35,635 nt of DNA from a virus (taxonomy: Duplodnaviria > Caudoviricetes). The stretch covers positions 1 through 35,635 of the IMG/VR virus record IMGVR_UViG_3300049846_001398, one strand, 5' to 3'. Positions 33,575-35,635 of the stretch are shown here, in pieces (the first letter of the stretch is position 1; the number at the start of each line of letters is the position of its first letter). The translations under genes were made by a program, and so were the position numbers. Under the pieces are notes generated by a model that was not told where the DNA came from, ran no database searches, and saw only the letters and a list, made by a program, of their open reading frames with translations.

Positions 33575-34282
33575 ATGGACGGAATCTTACTAGAGGCCCA
33601 AATGCTTCTCAATTCTCAAAGAAATGACCTAGCAAATATTTTTTCAAAAGCAGGTCTCAAAGTTGCTGATGCATCGATCACCTTTGTTGATAAACCAGAC
33701 CCCACTGGGCTTGGCGTGGTAGCAGTTATTGGGTTGAGCAATGCCAAGTATCTGTTTCAGATTGAAAGTAAACATGGATCAGATAGATATCAGGTTTTTT
33801 CACGCCCCAATATTTCATTTCCGTGGACAGGGGACAAAGGTTATTTGGACGGCTACCTTTGGGAATGGATTTTATGGAGTTTTGAAAAATGGGCGGTAAC
33901 GGTGAAGGAAGACCTTGAAACTCCCGATTTATGGAAGGAACTTTCGGTTGAGCAGACTGAAAGCCTAAAGGTCTTCGATAAGTATGACATTGAAGGCCCT
34001 ATTCCAGAGGGTATGAAGACCATCCTGAAAGCATCACTAATGGAGTTTCAAGTTCGCCTATTAGAGAACCTTCCAACAAAGGAAGACCAAAAGGCGGTTT
34101 CAGATAAGATGGATCAGGTCATTGCAGGTCTGGATTCTTCGACCTACCTTCAATGGAGAATGTTCTTTTACCAATTCCTGATCTCACTAATGTTTTCCTA
34201 CCCTGAGTCACAAGGCTTTATCAAAAATCTTCTTTTGTGGATCGGTCAGACTGTTGCTAAGGAGGTGTACAAACTCCGCTAG
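33575..34282 (+). CDS. Standalone accessory (moron-like) protein with hydrophobic C-terminus; start uncertain
   Basis: Own unit after a terminator, convergent on the ART gene; Trp-rich WEWILWSFEKW...PDLW; appears more AT-rich. Confidence 0.7.
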   Translation: MDGILLEAQMLLNSQRNDLANIFSKAGLKVADASITFVDKPDPTGLGVVAVIGLSNAKYLFQIESKHGSDRYQVFSRPNISFPWTGDKGYLDGYLWEWILWSFEKWAVTVKEDLETPDLWKELSVEQTESLKVFDKYDIEGPIPEGMKTILKASLMEFQVRLLENLPTKEDQKAVSDKMDQVIAGLDSSTYLQWRMFFYQFLISLMFSYPESQGFIKNLLLWIGQTVAKEVYKLR

Positions 34283-34285
34283 AAC

Positions 34286-35635
34286 TCAGTGGGTGATCGT
34301 GTCCCCACTTTCAGCCCCTTCTTCCAACCCAAATGCCGCAAGTAGGGAAGCAAGTAGATTCCTGCTCTTGGCTTTGGAAGGGTCAAAGTTGGCAAAGACG
34401 CTTCTGACCTGATTGGACTGGAACGGAATAGCCACCTGATGCTCTATGCCACCCATCTTTCCACCCGTGTCGATGATGCCATCATAGCCAAGTTCTTTGA
34501 GTTTTCGTGTGACCCAATCAGGGATTGAAGTCCAAGCCATCGAGTTTTCCCCTTTTGCAGTATCGTCTTTGAGTTGCTGGACCCATTCATAGGGATTCCG
34601 TGTGGACTTGTCCCATGAGTCTGCTCCCGTTGAATACTTTGGCAGTGGTTGTCTTTTTGATGCCTTTTCCAAAATTGGAATGATCTGGTTGAGGGTTTCG
34701 GTATCTTGCGTTCTCAAGGGATTCTGTATTTTAAGGTGAACTGGAAAGACCCCTGAGTTTGCCCTAAATGGGTCATTGTATCGGAACCTAGATGTATCGA
34801 TTCCAGCCTGCCTCAAAACATCCATGAACTTCTCTTCTTGGTTGAAGACTGTTCCTGAGTTCAACCAAACCTCTTTGGCGGCTTGAAAGCCATTCCCTTT
34901 GGCCCTAGCCAACTCATAGTCAAGGGTCTGTGGATTTACAATACCGCCATCAGGCTTCTTGATCACAGCGCCAGTCTCTTCATCCAGACCAATATTTTTG
35001 ATGTTGTTGAGGAAGTTCTGTCTTTCCTCAGGGGTTATGAACCACCATGACCTGTTTAGGTCTACTGTGGACCTTGATCCCTTTGGCTTGAACTGGAACC
35101 AATGGGTGTATTCATTTACATCTTCGTTGTAGAGGCTTGTATCCCTCTTAGACGTTGCATAGGTAGAAGCCAACTCTGGATTCTCAGTGAAAAAAGGCAT
35201 GGGTCCAGAGGTAGCCTTCCTTTGGGAGAAGCCCCCACCTTCAACAATACGATCAGGTCTCTGGGTTCCGTGATACCACCTCTTGTCCACATCGAAGCCC
35301 ATATCAGCCGCCCTTTGTAGTCTTGGAGGGAGTAGATTTGGCTTACCTAGAGTAATGGCTCCCTTTTCATCTTTGAGAGTCCTAGACAGGGAAGCCAAGA
35401 CCTCAGGGGTCAATTTGACCACATGGGGAAGGGCGGCAATGACTCCCTCTCCCAAAGCGGTTCCAACTGCCACCTCTGGAACACCCTCAAGGAGACCATC
35501 TGGACCCTTCCCACCAAACTGTTCGGGTAGACCTTTTCCTTCGACAATGTTTTTAAGGAACTTCCCAAGGCTTGAGCCATAGACGGTGCCAGCAGGACCA
35601 CCAACCGATCCGATGGCTCCACCTGCTATAGGTCC
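34286..35635 (-). CDS. ART-PolyVal-like ADP-ribosyltransferase domain protein (3' part; start at 318 across the junction)
   Basis: RAADMGFD...WYHGT, PFFTENPELASTYA, VFPVHLKIQNPL, LKELGYDGII, NQVRSVFANFDP. Confidence 0.8.
   Translation of the reverse strand, partial: GPIAGGAIGSVGGPAGTVYGSSLGKFLKNIVEGKGLPEQFGGKGPDGLLEGVPEVAVGTALGEGVIAALPHVVKLTPEVLASLSRTLKDEKGAITLGKPNLLPPRLQRAADMGFDVDKRWYHGTQRPDRIVEGGGFSQRKATSGPMPFFTENPELASTYATSKRDTSLYNEDVNEYTHWFQFKPKGSRSTVDLNRSWWFITPEERQNFLNNIKNIGLDEETGAVIKKPDGGIVNPQTLDYELARAKGNGFQAAKEVWLNSGTVFNQEEKFMDVLRQAGIDTSRFRYNDPFRANSGVFPVHLKIQNPLRTQDTETLNQIIPILEKASKRQPLPKYSTGADSWDKSTRNPYEWVQQLKDDTAKGENSMAWTSIPDWVTRKLKELGYDGIIDTGGKMGGIEHQVAIPFQSNQVRSVFANFDPSKAKSRNLLASLLAAFGLEEGAESGDTITH
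35450..35635. repeat. Terminal direct repeat / circular overlap, right copy
   Basis: 184 of 186 bases identical to 1-186. Confidence 0.97.

Noticed and set aside
1-35635. Alternative genetic code
   Set aside because: Hallmark genes are full length in code 11, and TAA, TAG and TGA are all used as real stops

Overview
The window is an apparently complete, circular genome of a temperate podovirus-like tailed phage. The unit length is about 35,449 bp: bases 1-186 recur at 35450-35635 with 2 mismatches. The minus-strand arm (about 23.5 kb down to 1, continuing across the junction to 34286) is a P22/N4-like virion operon. It encodes a GroES, large terminase, portal, scaffold, major capsid protein, adaptor, a greatly enlarged nozzle, several internal/ejection proteins, a tail fibre and a terminal ART-PolyVal-like ADP-ribosyltransferase. 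The plus-strand arm (23.76-34.3 kb) encodes an HNH endonuclease, small ORFs, a PD-(D/E)xK-like protein, a DNA methyltransferase fused to a RepA/AAA_25 helicase, an excisionase-like HTH, a tyrosine integrase and an attP carrying the 5' half of a tRNA-Cys. I see no DNA polymerase, primase, replication initiator, clear CI repressor or endolysin. The most striking unexplained element is about 800 bp of non-coding, densely base-paired sequence at 26.12-26.94 kb: an antisense/terminator switch, a multi-branch RNA-like core, a hairpin cluster and a sequestered RBS. I propose it as a structured-RNA replication origin or immunity locus. All protein calls come from motif recognition and gene order, not database searches.
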